Origin: the human T2T-CHM13v2.0 reference genome, Homo sapiens
DNA length: 64,000 nt
Assembly (NCBI RefSeq): GCF_009914755.1
Contig: NC_060939.1
Direction: 5' to 3' (one strand)
How positions within the stretch are numbered: position 1 is the first letter of the stretch; the number at the start of each line of letters is the position of its first letter. The translations under genes were made by a program, and so were the position numbers. Positions 13,405-28,428 of this stretch are shown here, in pieces. Below the pieces are notes generated by a model. That model saw only the letters and a list, made by a program, of their open reading frames with translations. It was not told the origin of the DNA and did no database searches.

Positions 13405-13808
13405 ATATATTAATTTTCTAGAGCTGTCATAACAAAATACCACAGGCTGGGAGGCTTAAACAACAGAAATTCTATTCCAGTTCCAGAGGCTAGAAATTCA
13501 AGATCAAGGTGCTAGTAGGGTTGATTTCCTCTAAGTCCTTTCTCCTTGGCTTGCAGACGGCTACCCTCTTGCTGTCTCTCAATGTGGTCATCTCTCTGTG
13601 CTTCACAATCCCAGGGTCTCTTTGTGTATCCACATTTTCTCTTCTTATAAAGATGTCAGTCAGATAGGATTAGGGCCCATTCATATGAATTCATTTTAGC
13701 TGAATGACTTCTTTAAAGGCCTTATCTCCAAATATAGTCACATTCTGAGATATTAGAGATTAGGGCTTAAAAATGTGAATTTTGGGGGGACACAATTTAG
13801 CCATAAAA
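13405..13808 (-). mobile_element. MLT1A/B MaLR solo LTR
   Basis: CATAACAAAATACCACAGGCTGGGAGGCTTAAACAACAGAAATT...GGATTAGGGCCC...GGGGGACACAATT. Confidence 0.9.
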
Positions 13809-13821
13809 TACAGTATCTTAA

Positions 13822-14170
<349 letters not shown>

Positions 14171-16087
14171 TTCTGTCCACATTTTCATAGTTGAGTTATC
14201 TCATGGGTTTATTACCTGATACAGAAATAGCTCTTCATTTTCTTAGGTTAACCTGATGTCAGTAAAACTGGCAATGGTCAGTTTGTGGCCTAAAGAAACA
14301 ACCATAGACAAAAGGCTTTATAAAGTTAAAATAGTGATAACTGGAGTTTGAAGCGCTTTTCTTGATTGTAAATGTCATCATGGAACAAATAATGTAAATC
14401 ATATCTGATTTTTGAAAAGATTTATAATATTTATTTAATTGCCATGTTTGCTTTTTATGCAGAAGAACTGGTATACAGGTTGTTCTTGAGAATGCAAAAA
14501 CTATACAAATGATATTTTAGTCCTCACCATGGCTACTGATTTTGCTATGTTACAAACATATCAATAATATATTTGCAAATCTGCCATCTGAGAATAAATT
14601 TGCAAGGCAAAAAGAATTGGTACGTTTATATTGCAATAGGCTAAAAGATCAAACATTAGACATTTATTTAGAAATAGCACATTTATTGTTAACTTTCACT
14701 ATTAAACTAACCTCAAATAAAACATCTTATATTGGTGTGCATGCAGAAATGACAAAAGGTGAATACAAAGAGGGGAAAAATTATACGACTGAAGCACAGA
14801 CACAAATCCACAGCAAATAAAATTAATATTGGATATTAAGATGGTAAATATTTAGGCAATAAATCTTGGGATATCAAGGTTATCAGAAGGTCAATTTCCA
14901 CATTTGTGAAAAAGGTACCAAAAAGAAATCAGCGTAGTTAGTTCTTCTCCCTTACCAAAATTATTTTTATAACGAGGGAATCAGTATATTGTGAGGATTG
15001 AACTTTTTTTCATTTTCCAGTGTTCAACCGGTTTTAAGCAATATTAAAGGCATTTAAACTCAAAATATACAAGATATCAACAAAATTTTAACCCTATTGC
15101 ACAGTGCGTCAGATGAACAACAGAAATAATTGCTGTCAGTTTGTACTTTTTTGACCAATAATTCTCTGTATTTCCTGCAAGAACCTTGAGTGATGCAAAT
15201 GACCTTATTTTTACAGCATGCTTTTATTAAATAGTTTATTATTTTGGCAGACTAATAAAGATTTTGGTATTTGCTTTTATTTGCAATAATATTACCACCA
15301 CATAAAAAAGGATTTTATGTTCTTTTTGAGGAACAAGGAGGATAAAAGTGGTGATGGATAGCACAACTGAGGCATCAGCAATGAGCTGGAAATGAGACAC
15401 ATAAATATGAAAGCAGAGCTAAGAAAATAGAACTGCACCCTTGGCCTTTCTTAAAAGAACATGCACACTTCATGGTTCATTCACACCGTTACAGAAACTC
15501 CTTTTGTTTCCAATGAATCAGATAATGCACGTAAACTCTGAAATACTATTTTTACCCATAGCCGACTGACTCCTATTTAATTAGATTCATTCTAGGAAAA
15601 TACCTTCAAGCTTTCTGAAGATGTTTTAATTTGAGGAAAAAAAAATAACAAATTGACTGAAAAGTTGGTGGACATAAGGGCTGAAGGGGACTCAAAACAG
15701 ATTTACTATTTTCACCATTACTTAGCACGGAACACAGAAAGGAAATCATTCCACAGAGTAGCATCTTTAGGGTCAAATGTGTAATTGTGGAGTATTTAAG
15801 GATACTCAAAGTAGGTGGATAGGCAATTGAATGTTTTTAAGGACAAATAATATTCAATATGTAGGTACATATATATAAACATTATATGGAGACTTTGGGA
15901 ATTATAGCATTATATTTTGCCAGTAATGGCATGTGTTTATTCAAAAATTATGATCATTTACATGTTACATATTTTCGGATCTAATGGCAGTATGTAAATT
16001 TTACATATAGAATATTATGTTTATTTTTAGCAGAGTATGTTTAGCATTAATTTTATCTGCTGTTAATAACTTGTTTCTTCATCGTAG

Positions 16088-16142
16088 CATTTAATTGTTA
16101 CCACAAATAAAAGCAGATTGTGATGAAAGAACCAAAGGGAAG
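16088..16142 (+). other. Candidate short exon (55 nt)
   Basis: Branch-like TAAC at ~16067; acceptor TTGTTTCTTCATCGTAG; consensus donor AAG|GTAAGT; no frame open throughout. Confidence 0.3.
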
Positions 16143-16581
16143 GTAAGTTTCCTATTCAGGGATAGAACCTCGATTGGCACACAGTAGCTCTTAGCTTAGT
16201 AATATTCAGACGTGCAGCTATTTTTCTTTTCACAAGAAAGTGCAGCCGATAGATGAAAGTAGAAAGTAATATATTGTGAGCCGAGAAATCCACTGCTTCA
16301 TTATCGACATAATTCGGATCTTACAGAGGGAGAGAACTCTACCATTTGGACTCTTGTCGCAAAGGCTTACAATAGACATGATTCTGACAAGAGGTTGGTG
16401 GTAGCAGAACAGACTTAACAATTAATGGTATGCCAAGGCTGAGTTCAGAGAATTGCTTTACCCAATGCCAATCATTCATTCCTGGCAGTAGCACTTCACA
16501 TCTTTCCTGGGATGCCATCCAACCACAGTGGCATCTAAAATATATCAAGCAGTGTTGTTACAGTTGGAGGTGAAATTGAAA

Positions 16582-16633
16582 TTTGCGCCAAACAGAAGTG
16601 ACAAATTCACATGGCTGAGTGTTGCCTAGCAAT
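16582..16633. promoter_or_regulatory. E2F-like site plus RFX X-box in unique sequence
   Basis: TTTGCGCCAAA (reverse complement TTTGGCGC) at 16582-16592; GTTGCCTAGCAAT at 16621-16633. Confidence 0.3.
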
Positions 16634-18088
16634 CAGGTCCAAGGGGGACGTGGCAATTCTGCCTTTACCCATGAGTATGTTGCAAGGGGGGAGAGAAACA
16701 TTTACATTAGAGCTTAGGTGGTCCCCCAAATAGAACCAGGTATATGAGATTTCATTTTACTACCAGGGTGTAAGAAGATAAGCTATTAGAGTGGTACAGG
16801 GAAAGGAGAAAGTAGCTGAAGTTGGTAGGGTAAGCTTTCAAGGCTGAGGTTCTTAGCAATTAACCTGGGGGAGGGGGAGAGCAGCAAGATGCCAAGATGC
16901 CATGATGCCAGACTTGCTGCAGAAATTGATGGCAATTGGCCATCCTGCTGCCTTTTGACTGCAGGCCTCTTGATACACCTCTGTTCAGCTGGCACTTGGC
17001 AGCTGGTTGGCCCCAGGGTATAGCAAGCAAATGGTGGCTTTCTCTTCTCAGAAATCCACCTGAGAGCAAAGCTCCCGATGGGCAGTCAAACTCAAGAGAT
17101 TAGTGCAAGGAATGGAATGTTCAAGCTGAAATTCTTATCTTATGCCTTTATTTGTTGTTTCTTTTTTGGGTTCCGTATTCCATCTGTGTTATATTGGTCT
17201 TTTCTTTATCTTGGGGATACCACTCAAACTCCTCCTACCCCATCCTCTAAGGTGTGAAGTGACTATAAAATCAATAATTAACCTATGAGAAAGTGAATGG
17301 ATATATCAAAATACCAGTCGTGGGGAAGGAGGCACAGTGTTTGCCTTATAAAATTTCTCAGGTCTCAACCTGACAAATTTTGTACAAATAATTTTGTTTC
17401 TGGGTTTTTTTCACCACTCCTTATTTGGAAGCATAGACCCAGAAATATCTACAGTAGATTTCCCTGCTTGATGGAGGAACTTATGGAAGTATTACAGCCA
17501 CCATAGTTCCTTTCCCCCTTTACCCACTTTTGTTGTTGTTATTGTTTGAACTGTTGGGGTCTCATTAACCTCTTGAGTCTAGTCTTCGCAACCCTATATG
17601 AAAGAAGAACTCAATCTAGGCTGAGATGGCAGACACTTTATCATTCCCTGCTTTGGTGCTCCTAATTCCAGAGACTCATACTTAATGAATTAAGCCTGAG
17701 TGAGTGCCCATCCACAATATTACAAAATTTCAATACCATGTCTATGGTGTTTGAATTTGTACGTAATTTGTTTTCTTCAAGGAGACTCTAAGACCTAATA
17801 GCAGGAACTATTTCATCTAAGTAGGATCAGGCAAGATAAAGTTATGGAAATGCAAATGGTGCTACACAATTATAAGACATTTTTGTTATTCCTATTATTG
17901 TAGTGTGCTGTTCATTGTGCAATAGATGCTCCAAAAATGCTGGTGAATAAGTGGATGGACTGAATTAATAGATGAATTGGTAAAGACTGATGAATTTATA
18001 AAACCACATATAAACAAGAAACTGTATAGATCATAAAGTTGACTAATTATAGCAACTAAAATATATTCACAACTCATATGTTGTCCAA

Positions 18089-18799
18089 TTTTTTATTATT
18101 GTGGTAAAAATAAGATCTATTCTCTAAACAGATTATAAGTGTAGAGTACAGAATTGTTACTACAAGTGCAATGTTGTGAAACAGATCTCTAGAACTTTTT
18201 TATCTTGTATGACTGACACTGTATACCTGTTGAATAGCAACTCCCCATTTCCCCCTTCTTCCAGCCTCTGGCAATCACCATTCTACTTCCTGTTTTCATG
18301 AGTTTAACTACTTTAGATACCTCGTGTAAGCACAATAATGCGGTAGTTGTCCTTCTTTGATTGGCTTATTTCAATTAAGCATAATGTCTTCAGGGTACAT
18401 TCATGTTATAGCATATGGCAGAATTTCTTTTTATGGCTGAATAATATTTCATTATATGTATATATCACATTTTTTCTATCCATTCATTTCTTAATGGACA
18501 TTTGGATTATTTCTATTTCTAGGCTATTGTGCATAATGTTGCAGTGAATGTTAGAATGCAAATATATCTTCTAGATAATGATTTAACTACTTTTGGATAA
18601 ATACCCAGAAGTGGGATTATTGGGTCATATGTGAATTCTATTTTAATTCTTTTTGAGGACGGTTTTTACTGTTTTTCATAGCCATTAACCCATTTTACAT
18701 TCCCACTCTGAGTGCATAAGGGTTCCAACTTGTCTACATCCTTGTCAACACTTCTCATTTTCTCTCCCTCTCTCTCTTTCTCTCTCTTTTTCTCTCTCT

Positions 18800-18850
<51 letters not shown>

Positions 18851-20150
18851 ATAACCATCCTAACAGGTGTAAGATGATACCTTATTGAGGTTCTGATTTG
18901 CATTTCCTTAATGATTAGTGATGCTGAGAATCTTTTCATATACTTGTTGGTCATTTGTGTATCTTCTTTGAAGAAACGTCTTTTCAAATCCTAAGCCCAT
19001 TTTAAAAATCAGGTTATTGTTATTATTTGCTGGTGTGTTGTAGGTGTTTCTCTTTTATTTTGGATGTTAACTCCTGATCAGATATATGGTTTGCAAATAT
19101 TGTCTTCCATTCTGTAGTTTCCCTTTTCATTCTGTTTATTGCTTTCTTGTTGTACAGAAAGTTTTTAGTTGGATGTAGTCCCAACTTGTCCATTTTTGCT
19201 TTTGTTCCCTGTGTTTTTGGTGTCATATCTGAGAAATCATTGCAAAGACCAATGTTATGTAGCTTTTAAAAATGTCCTTCATGTTTTTTTCTAAGAGTTT
19301 TATAATTGTAGGTATTACATTTATGTCTTTCATTCACTTTGAACTAATTTTTGCGTATGTAAGAGTTCAGTTTTATTCTTTAGCCTGTAGACATCTAGTT
19401 TTCCCAACTCTACTTATTGAAGAGACTGTTCTTTTTCCACTGTGTAGTCTTGGTGCTCTTATCAAAGGTTATTTGCCTATATATGTGTAGGTTTGTTTCT
19501 GGGCTCTTTCTTCTCTTCCATTGGTTTATGTGCCAATCTTTATTCTAGTATCATATTGTTTTGGCTACTGTAATTTTGTTAAATGTTTTGAAATTAGGAA
19601 GTGTAGACTTTCCACTTTGTTTTTCTTTCTCAAGATTGTTTTTGCTCTTTGGGGTCCTTTGCGGTTCTATGTGAACTTTAGGATTGTTTTTTCTATTTCT
19701 GTAAAAAATGCCATGGGGATTTTAATAGAGATTGCATTGAATCTATACATTATTTTGTGTAATATGGACATTTTAACAATATTAAATCTTCCAATCCATG
19801 AACATGGAATGTTTTTCCTTTTATTTGCATCTTCTTTAATTTCTTTCAGTAATGTTTTCTTGTTTTCTGTGTACAAGTTTACTCCTTGGTTAAGTGGATT
19901 CCTAAGTATTTTATTCTCTTAAATACTATTGTAACTTGATTGTTTTAATTTCCTTTTTGGATTACTCATTGTTAGTGTATAGAAACACAACTGATTTTTG
20001 AATGTTGATTTTGTATCCTGCAACTTTACTGGATTTATTTCTAACAGTAGTTTTTGTGTGGGATATTTAGGACTTTCTACATGTAAGAGCATGTCATCTG
20101 TGAACAGAGACATTTTACTTCTTTTCCAATTTGGATGCCTTCCTAAATTT
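18089..20150 (-). mobile_element. L1MA/L1MB-type LINE, 3' ~2 kb (ORF2 C-terminus + 3'UTR)
   Basis: Minus ORFs carry L1 ORF2 motifs ([31 protein letters not shown]); old L1M 3'UTR. Confidence 0.95.
18760..18847. repeat. (TC)n(TG)n compound microsatellite
   Basis: Direct reading; long uninterrupted TG tract. Confidence 0.95.
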
Positions 20151-20159
20151 TTTACATAC

Positions 20160-20285
20160 ATAATTTATTTAATTCTGACAACAATATGAAGTAGATATTA
20201 TGATTCTCAATTAAAATGAGGAAATTATTACACAGAAAGTTTAATCAATTTTCCCAAATTATTAGTAAGTGGGAGGAACTGTTTT
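20160..20285 (-). mobile_element. MIR fragment
   Basis: TTTAATTCTGACAACAATATGAAGTAGATATTAT...ATGAGGAAA. Confidence 0.6.
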
Positions 20286-20427
20286 CTAATTGGACTTTAG
20301 AAGTAATCTTCATTCATGACATTAATTAATTACCCGTATTTATGACAATGCAAAATTTGGATCTCTTATTTTTGAGTTCTGTAAGCATGAAAAGCTAAAG
20401 AAAAATGAAATTGGTACTGTACATTCT

Positions 20428-20945
20428 TATGGTAGGCAAAATAATGGCCCTCCCAAAATGACCATATTCTAATCCTGGAACCCCCGAATATTAGGTTACA
20501 TGACTTTAGGTTACAAACTCATTAAGGTTGCAAATGGAATTAAGATTGCTAATTAGGTGACCTTGAGCTGGGGAGAGCTTATGCTGGATTATGCCAGTGG
20601 GTCCAGTGTAATCATAAGGATCCTTAAATGTGGAAATTGGATGCAGACGACTCAGTGTCAAATAAATACAATATGAGAAAGACTTGACTGGACGTTGCTG
20701 GTCTTGACAATGGAAACAAACCATGAGCCAAGGAATGTATATAGTCTCTAGATGCTGGAAAAGGCAAGAAAATGGATTATTTCCTGGGTCCTCCAGAAAA
20801 TAATACAGCCCTGAAAACACCTTAATTTTTAGCGCAGTGAGAATCATTTCCAACTTCTGACCTCCAGAACAGTAGGATAATAAATGCATGTTGTTTGAAG
20901 CCATTACCTGTGGTAATTTGTTACAGCAGCAACAGGGAACTAATA
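20428..20945 (+). mobile_element. MLT1D-like MaLR solo LTR
   Basis: Starts TATGGTAGGCAAAATAATGGCCC; ends GGTAATTTGTTACAGCAGCAACAGGGAACTAATA. Confidence 0.9.
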
Positions 20946-21414
20946 GCTTTCAAATTCCAAGGTTACAGAATGAATTTTGATTTCTTGTTAATCCAACTAG
21001 AATTTAGAAAAATAATTTTCGAAGAGTTGGAAGTTAAAAGTGTTGGCCTTATTTAGATTCACTATTAATTTCATCTTTATTTGAACTATCACAAGGAAAA
21101 ATCTGTCTACATATCTTTCTATAATTCCTAAAGACATCTTTTCCCTAAAGCAAGCAATATATATTTTTATTCTATTTTAAACATACTAAGATATTTAAAA
21201 TTATAAACAGTTACCAAAAATTACCCAGAAAAGAGAGACACCAAGTCCTGTAGTACATCCTTCAAACTTTTCTGCCCTGTTGCTTCACCTTCCTCACTCT
21301 GTCTTTGCTCTTGTCCATCTATCTCCACCTATCCTTTGCTTAATTCTCCTCAAACCTGATACTTTTCTGGCTAAAGATCCATATATTTCCATTCCTCTTT
21401 TTTTCCTCTTTAAT

Positions 21415-21635
21415 AATTACAATAATAGATGAAATTTATTAAGAACTCACTATTGCCAATATTATAATACATGCTTTATATACATAATATCATTTAATCT
21501 TCATAAAACTTTAGGAGGCAAGTACTATTATTATTGCAGCTTTTCAGATAAGAACATTGAGGCATTGAGAAGGTTAGAAACTTGCCCTAAGTCCCTTAGC
21601 TCAAAAGTGGAAGAGCTAGGATTTAAATCCAAAGA
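21415..21635 (-). mobile_element. MIR SINE
   Basis: CATTTAATCTTCAT...TTTTCAGATAAGAACATTGAGGC...ACTTGCCC...AGTGGAAGAGCTAGGATTTAAATCC. Confidence 0.8.
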
Positions 21636-22449
21636 CCAGTCCAATTTATGTTGAGTGATTTTAATTTAATAAAGTGTTGCCTTCTTGTTTAGTGTAAACC
21701 TGGGAGAGACTGCTCTCAGGCAGCTCCCAGATTCCCTGGCAGATGAGAAATGCCTACATTATGCCATAAGAAAATATAAAAGTTCTTAAGTGGTCTGCCC
21801 TTGGGAGAACCCTAGGTGGTCAAGAAAATAAACAGAATAAATTTGGGGTGGTTCAGTGAGAAATCCAGTCAGGTATTATTGTGCACTCAAAAGGCAAGGC
21901 TAGTCATATCAGAAATTAAACTCTGAGCATACTAAGGAAGGATCCATGGCTTATTTATTTTCACATTTTCAGCACTTAGCACCAAGATCAGTGCCTTGTA
22001 GGTATTTAATCCGTGATTCTCAGCCCAGGCTTGCTGGACTACCACGGCTGTGATGATAATGTTGGGGAATCCATGAGTTTTACAGTCAACATTCCTAAAC
22101 TTTAAAGGAAATTATCCATCACAATGATAAGGCTGCATAGACTATTTAAACAGGTCTCTTGACTGTTGGCTATAATTCTACCAGTTCAGCAAGATTACAT
22201 ACTAGTTCTTCATAATGAATGGAGGTTTTAATTAACAGATGTGTATGTGTAATAAAACAGGAAGCTTAATACTGCTTTAAATGAATTTGTTTGATAAGCA
22301 AAATATTTCCAAAATGGGTGCTATGGAATATAATGAACTATAAAAGCTTTACTTAATGGTAAAAAAAAGTTCAGAACTACAATGCATACTTAAACATTCA
22401 CTAAAAGTTGAGTGAGTTCAAGTCTGTGTCTCCAAATATCCCCACTTAC

Positions 22450-23210
<761 letters not shown>

Positions 23211-24009
23211 AAAGAGCAATTAGTAAATGATTTCTGAGTCTCCAAAAGACTGTGCCATAAAAAACACAATTTTTTATCTTTGTCTTCAAGGGGAAATGGG
23301 ACTTAAAAAAGGCTGGCACTGGGGTGTTTTGCCTAAGCATATGAAAACATAGTGACATAAAATAAATTCCAGTTTCATCCAACAATGCAGTAGATAACAT
23401 AAAAAAAATTTAACCATGTACAGGAAATGATGGAAAGTTTGCGGGAGGGAGCTATCATTATGGCCTGGAATCAAGCCAGTGTGCCAGTCTGGAGGGGCAT
23501 CCGTCTAACTCACCCTGGGTTCCTAGACATGTACCACACTGGGTTACTCTTACTAAAATACAGTTTTTCCACTCTCTCTTCTCCTAATGAATAAATGAGG
23601 GCAGGGGAAGTTGAAGGGATCCCTTTTTCTTCTCCTGTCGGCTCTAAGATCCTCAACCTAGCTGGCAAATTCTTTGTAATAATCTCCTACCATTTTGTTT
23701 CCCATCCTGTCCCAAACATCACCTGTCTCTTTGAGTAGCCTCCTCGCTCTTTTGTAAAAATATCCCCCGCAGTTCGCCGCTGTGCCTTGCTTGGGATGCC
23801 TCTGTCTCTTGTCTGACAGCTCCTGCCCAGGAGGTCTCTGCCTTCCCTATATGAACTTTGGCAGTGCATTGAGTGTACCCCACATTTTAGCACTTATTTA
23901 TTCAACCATTTAACAAATATTTGTGGAGAGCCTGGTCTGTGCCAAGCATGGATCCATATGCACTAAATTATATCCTTTCTTATATTATTTATTAATTGTT
24001 TTACGTGGC

Positions 24010-24225
24010 CTATGTGGTAGATAAAAGCGTTGGATATAGAGTCTGGAAACTGAGGTTATAATCTCAATCCTGTTACTTTGTTAATTGTATAATTTTGGGG
24101 AAAATCCCTTTAGTAAGCCACAGCTTCCACATATTTCGATGAGTTTTTGAGTGGACTGTACAAGATAATGTGTATCTATATTTTCCCAAAAGATGAATAT
24201 GCTAATGAAATGTAAGAATATAATT
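24010..24225 (+). mobile_element. MIR (decayed)
   Basis: GTGGTAGATAAAAGCGTTGGATATAGAGTC...CACAGCTTCCACAT. Confidence 0.55.
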
Positions 24226-24889
24226 ACTATGTAACCCATATGCCCCTCAGGAGTATTTGTGCCCCAAACTCTGTGCTCTCATATATAGATATAGATATAG
24301 ATATGAGATAATAATAGATTGAGGTACAATAAACATATCAGGTACCAAAAATTACTAAAAAGGAATTCCAAACTTTATGTCTATTTATGAAGAACACTAA
24401 AGATATGAAATTTTTAACCCATAGCCACACTTCACTAAAGGTCTTTTCTTTCTCCCTGATGGTCTTACACCTCAAAGCTGAATTGGAGCTCTCACCACCA
24501 ACTCTCTCCAAAAAACTTTTCTGAAAATCTCAGTTCTCCCTACTTTCTGTGCTTTGTGTCCAACCCACTTCTCTCCGCTGACCAAGCCTGTCTTTTTCTC
24601 CCTGTTTTCTCAATTCTGTATCACACGCTTGGGAACTGGGCTGGCAAAGACAGAGGTTTCCATAGAAAATGGAGAGGCAAAAAGGTGGATATATCCCACC
24701 TGTTAATATTTATCTGGCTATCTTTAACAATATTTTTCTTTATTTCATGTGGATAGGACCATGTTTTACACTTTTTCTGTTTTCCCTGTAGCACTAATCA
24801 GGGTGCTGGGTCTATGGAAGCCACTCAATAAATGCTTGTTAGTTGAATTATAAAACATAAAAATTAAGTTGGAGAAAGTCCCATTAAAT

Positions 24890-25062
24890 GGGCACTCTAC
24901 CACTTCCTAGAAGTATGAGCTTAAGTTAGTTACATATTGAATTTTATTTTCTTGATCTGTATAATGGGCCTGCTAACTCTCACAGCATAATGTTGTAATT
25001 AGCATTAACTGAAATAACACATGAATGTATCTGATACCTATTAAACACCAAATGTTGACTAC
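24890..25062 (+). mobile_element. MIR (decayed)
   Basis: CTCTACCACTTCCTAG...TTTTCTTGATCTGTATAATGGG...GTTGTAATTAGCATTAACTGA. Confidence 0.6.
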
Positions 25063-26398
25063 AAACTTGAAAGGCTATCTTATGGCTATAAACAGATGGA
25101 GGCTGACACCTGTAGTTAAGGGAAGTTGTTTGGTATTTAGAAATTGGGTTCCAGTGGGCCTTGATTTTCTTATCTACAAAATGAGAGCATCTACCCAGTG
25201 GATTTGGAAGGTCACTGAAATTCTAATGATCTCTATTTCTGAGAAGCAAGATACTGGTGCATCATTCTAATCAAATATTTTCTAGTCCTGAAAACTCTAA
25301 TACAATTTTGCAAAGAATAATGGGAAACTCACCAGTAACTGAAAAAAGTCTCTCTGCTCATTCGGAATATGCTTTTAATGTGTATCAGTTGGTGCTAACC
25401 AGTGAAGATATTTCCACTGGGCTGGCAAAAACAAGAAAGACAAAGTATTGGGAATTGTATTAAGTCAAATTTATTCAATTTAATAAGATACTGCATTTTA
25501 TTCAGTGATTCTTCCTACTACTTCATTGTCAAATTGTCTTTTCATGATACTAAAGTGATAAAATGTAGTGATTATGTATTAAAATTATCATGTGAGAAAA
25601 TGAAAAGAGGGAATATAAAAAGTTGGCAACTCTGTCAATTTCCTAATTTTTTACATTGTTGATTAATATTCAGGTTCATAAAATTTGAAAGTTTAGAAAT
25701 CACTGATTTATAGCATAACAATATTGAGACTAAACTTTCTGAAGAGGAATATCTGATTTTTTTGTTGAAAAATACCAAGTCTTAGAGTTTAACTGGTTTT
25801 TCTCAGGATCAAAGCCTTAAAAATTTTTTTTAAAAATCCTTTTTCTCCCTCTAAGGAGAAAAAAAGATGTGAAACAAAAGAAGGGCAAGAGTCAGATTTT
25901 TTTTCCCTGCTCCTGTGGGATCCTGCTGACTAAAATATTTACAAGTGTGGAAATGGCACAGAGGAAGCCCACCACTTAATGCTGGAGAAGGAAGGTTGGA
26001 ATGGGCTTGCAGCATTCTAAGCCGCAGTGAGCTGGCTTAGAAGCCTTCTCTGCCCTGACCTAGCTCCAGGCATATAGCTACCAGGCCTGTTTGGGATAAA
26101 TGATACAAAGAGGATAAAACATCAACAACAGTTTTAATTTTAGAGCTGCTACTTGAATTGCCAAGCCCTCAGCAGAATAACATAGCCAGATTTGGAGGAA
26201 ACAAAATTTTAACAGATATATTAGAAAAACTGAGGGTGAATAACCCAATAAAATGTAAAAAGGGCAGATTTTAATTCCACAGTAAAGGCTTGGTTTTGAT
26301 AACCTTTTGACTAACTTTTGAAGACATTTATATTGTCAATTAATATACAAACTTTATAATGACTGGAGGCATTTTGTGATTTAAGAACTCAATCATGA

Positions 26399-26494
26399 TT
26401 ATTATGTATTACGTGTCTATATCAAAACAGCTCATGTGCCCTATAAATACACCTACTATGTACCCACAAAAATTAAAATAAAAAAATTTTAAAA
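26399..26494 (+). mobile_element. ~100-bp 5'-truncated L1MA 3' end
   Basis: TATATCAAAACAGCTCATGTGCCC...CCTACTATGTACCCACAAAAATTAAAA; 16-bp TSD AAGAACTCA(A/G)TCATGA at 26383-26398 and 26495-26510. Confidence 0.85.
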
Positions 26495-27262
26495 AAGAAC
26501 TCAGTCATGAAATTGCAAATTTAGAAATCATTTGTTAAGTGTTAAAAACTGCTATGGTTGTTACCATTTGTCTTATTTATCAACAATATTTTATGTATTC
26601 TTATAATTTGCTCTCTGGGAAATCTAATGTGAAAAATAATCTTTATTCATATATGTGAACCTTGAGTGTTATGGTGAGTTATCTTAGACCTATTGTTCAG
26701 ACATATCAACACAGAAAGTAAAGGGAAACAAAGAGGACCTAGGCACCGACTCTTCGACCTCAAGGTATTAATCTGCTATCAGAACAAGGGTATATACTTA
26801 GAAATTTGGTTTGCTGAATCTATATCAGACCCCATCGGTAGTCTAGATACTTACTTCATCTAGGCATAGATTCATATATGAGGGAACATGCAAAACCAAC
26901 TCATGTCATCTAAGGACAGGGATGGTTGCAATACTAGCCTCAACAATAGCAATGATAATATAATAAAATGCATATCCCCTAGAGAAACATTCTCCAACAC
27001 GAGGCATTATCTGATCCTCAGTTAGGATTTGATATTTTTCTGCTCAGGAAAAATATCCCACCCACCCTTTTACCTCTTCTTCTGAGTTGAGAATTATTAA
27101 CTGCTTATGTTGTGATTCTAGTTATTAATAATTCAATTTAATGAGTTTATTTGTTAGAGAAGATAGGAACAAGTCTCACCTTTTTCCCATTTTTCTGCAT
27201 CATTTGTGACTGGATAAACTACATCGAAGTGATTAAGAGTTACATTAGAACACCATGGATGT

Positions 27263-27566
<304 letters not shown>

Positions 27567-28337
27567 AACCATGGCTGCATCCACCAGTCTTCTTCAGGTT
27601 TATCTGGAGAGTGTGTGTGTGTCTGTGTGTGTTTATGTGTTTGGTAGTATTAAAAGGAAAGATAACAAGTATAATCATGTATATTTTGACCAAACACTTG
27701 TCATGAAGCAAAAGGTAGTATTTTTCTCTTTTAAGCCAATTAAAGACTATACATTTAATGAAGTTGTTGTAAGTGTAATTGAATTAAAAATGTTTTAACT
27801 GCTTTCTTTAACTATTTTTATATTTTTATTTTGAAAAGTATTTTTAGACTCTTCATCTATCCTCATATGCCTGTAATTTTTAAAGATAACTCATCAGTAA
27901 AAGTGGATCTCCAGGTGTGCATGTGTGAAGGTGGGAAAAGTGGCACACACACCCCTAACATCTCTCCTGCCTTTAGAGTTACTACAAAGTCCTTTAAAGG
28001 ACACAATATTATGTTTTAATCATATTATCAACATAATTAAAAAGACATTTTTTCAAGGTTGTTTTGATATTAAAGCATTACCGTCTAAATGATATTTATG
28101 ACCTAATGTTACCTCAAGAATAGGACAGGCATAGTTTTCAAGTGTGGCTTCCTGGTCAAGTCATGCAGGGTAGAGTTTTTACTTCTAGACGTTCAGAGGA
28201 GGAGTTTTAGAGAAGGAACATTTTATTTCTAAATTAATTTCCTTTAGAAACAATATGTACTCTTCTGGTAAAGTAGAGGCATATATAGACTACATTAATC
28301 TTCAGAATATAGACCATCCTAAGAACAAACTATAAAA

Positions 28338-28428
28338 TATATATATACACATATATACACACACACACACACAAACACATATATACATATATATTTAGGT
28401 GTGCATGTATGTGTGTGTACATGCATGT
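28338..28428. repeat. Mixed (TA)/(CA)/(TG) alternating purine-pyrimidine tract
   Basis: Direct reading. Confidence 0.85.

Noticed and set aside
14526-14820. Kozak-like CACCATGG and a 92-aa TTG-started ORF in unique DNA
   Set aside because: The ATG is in another frame and stops after 12 codons; the 92-aa peptide has no recognisable family or splice framing.
18347-20189. Cluster of ORFs up to 133 aa
   Set aside because: Broken L1 ORF2 and its antisense frames, not host genes.
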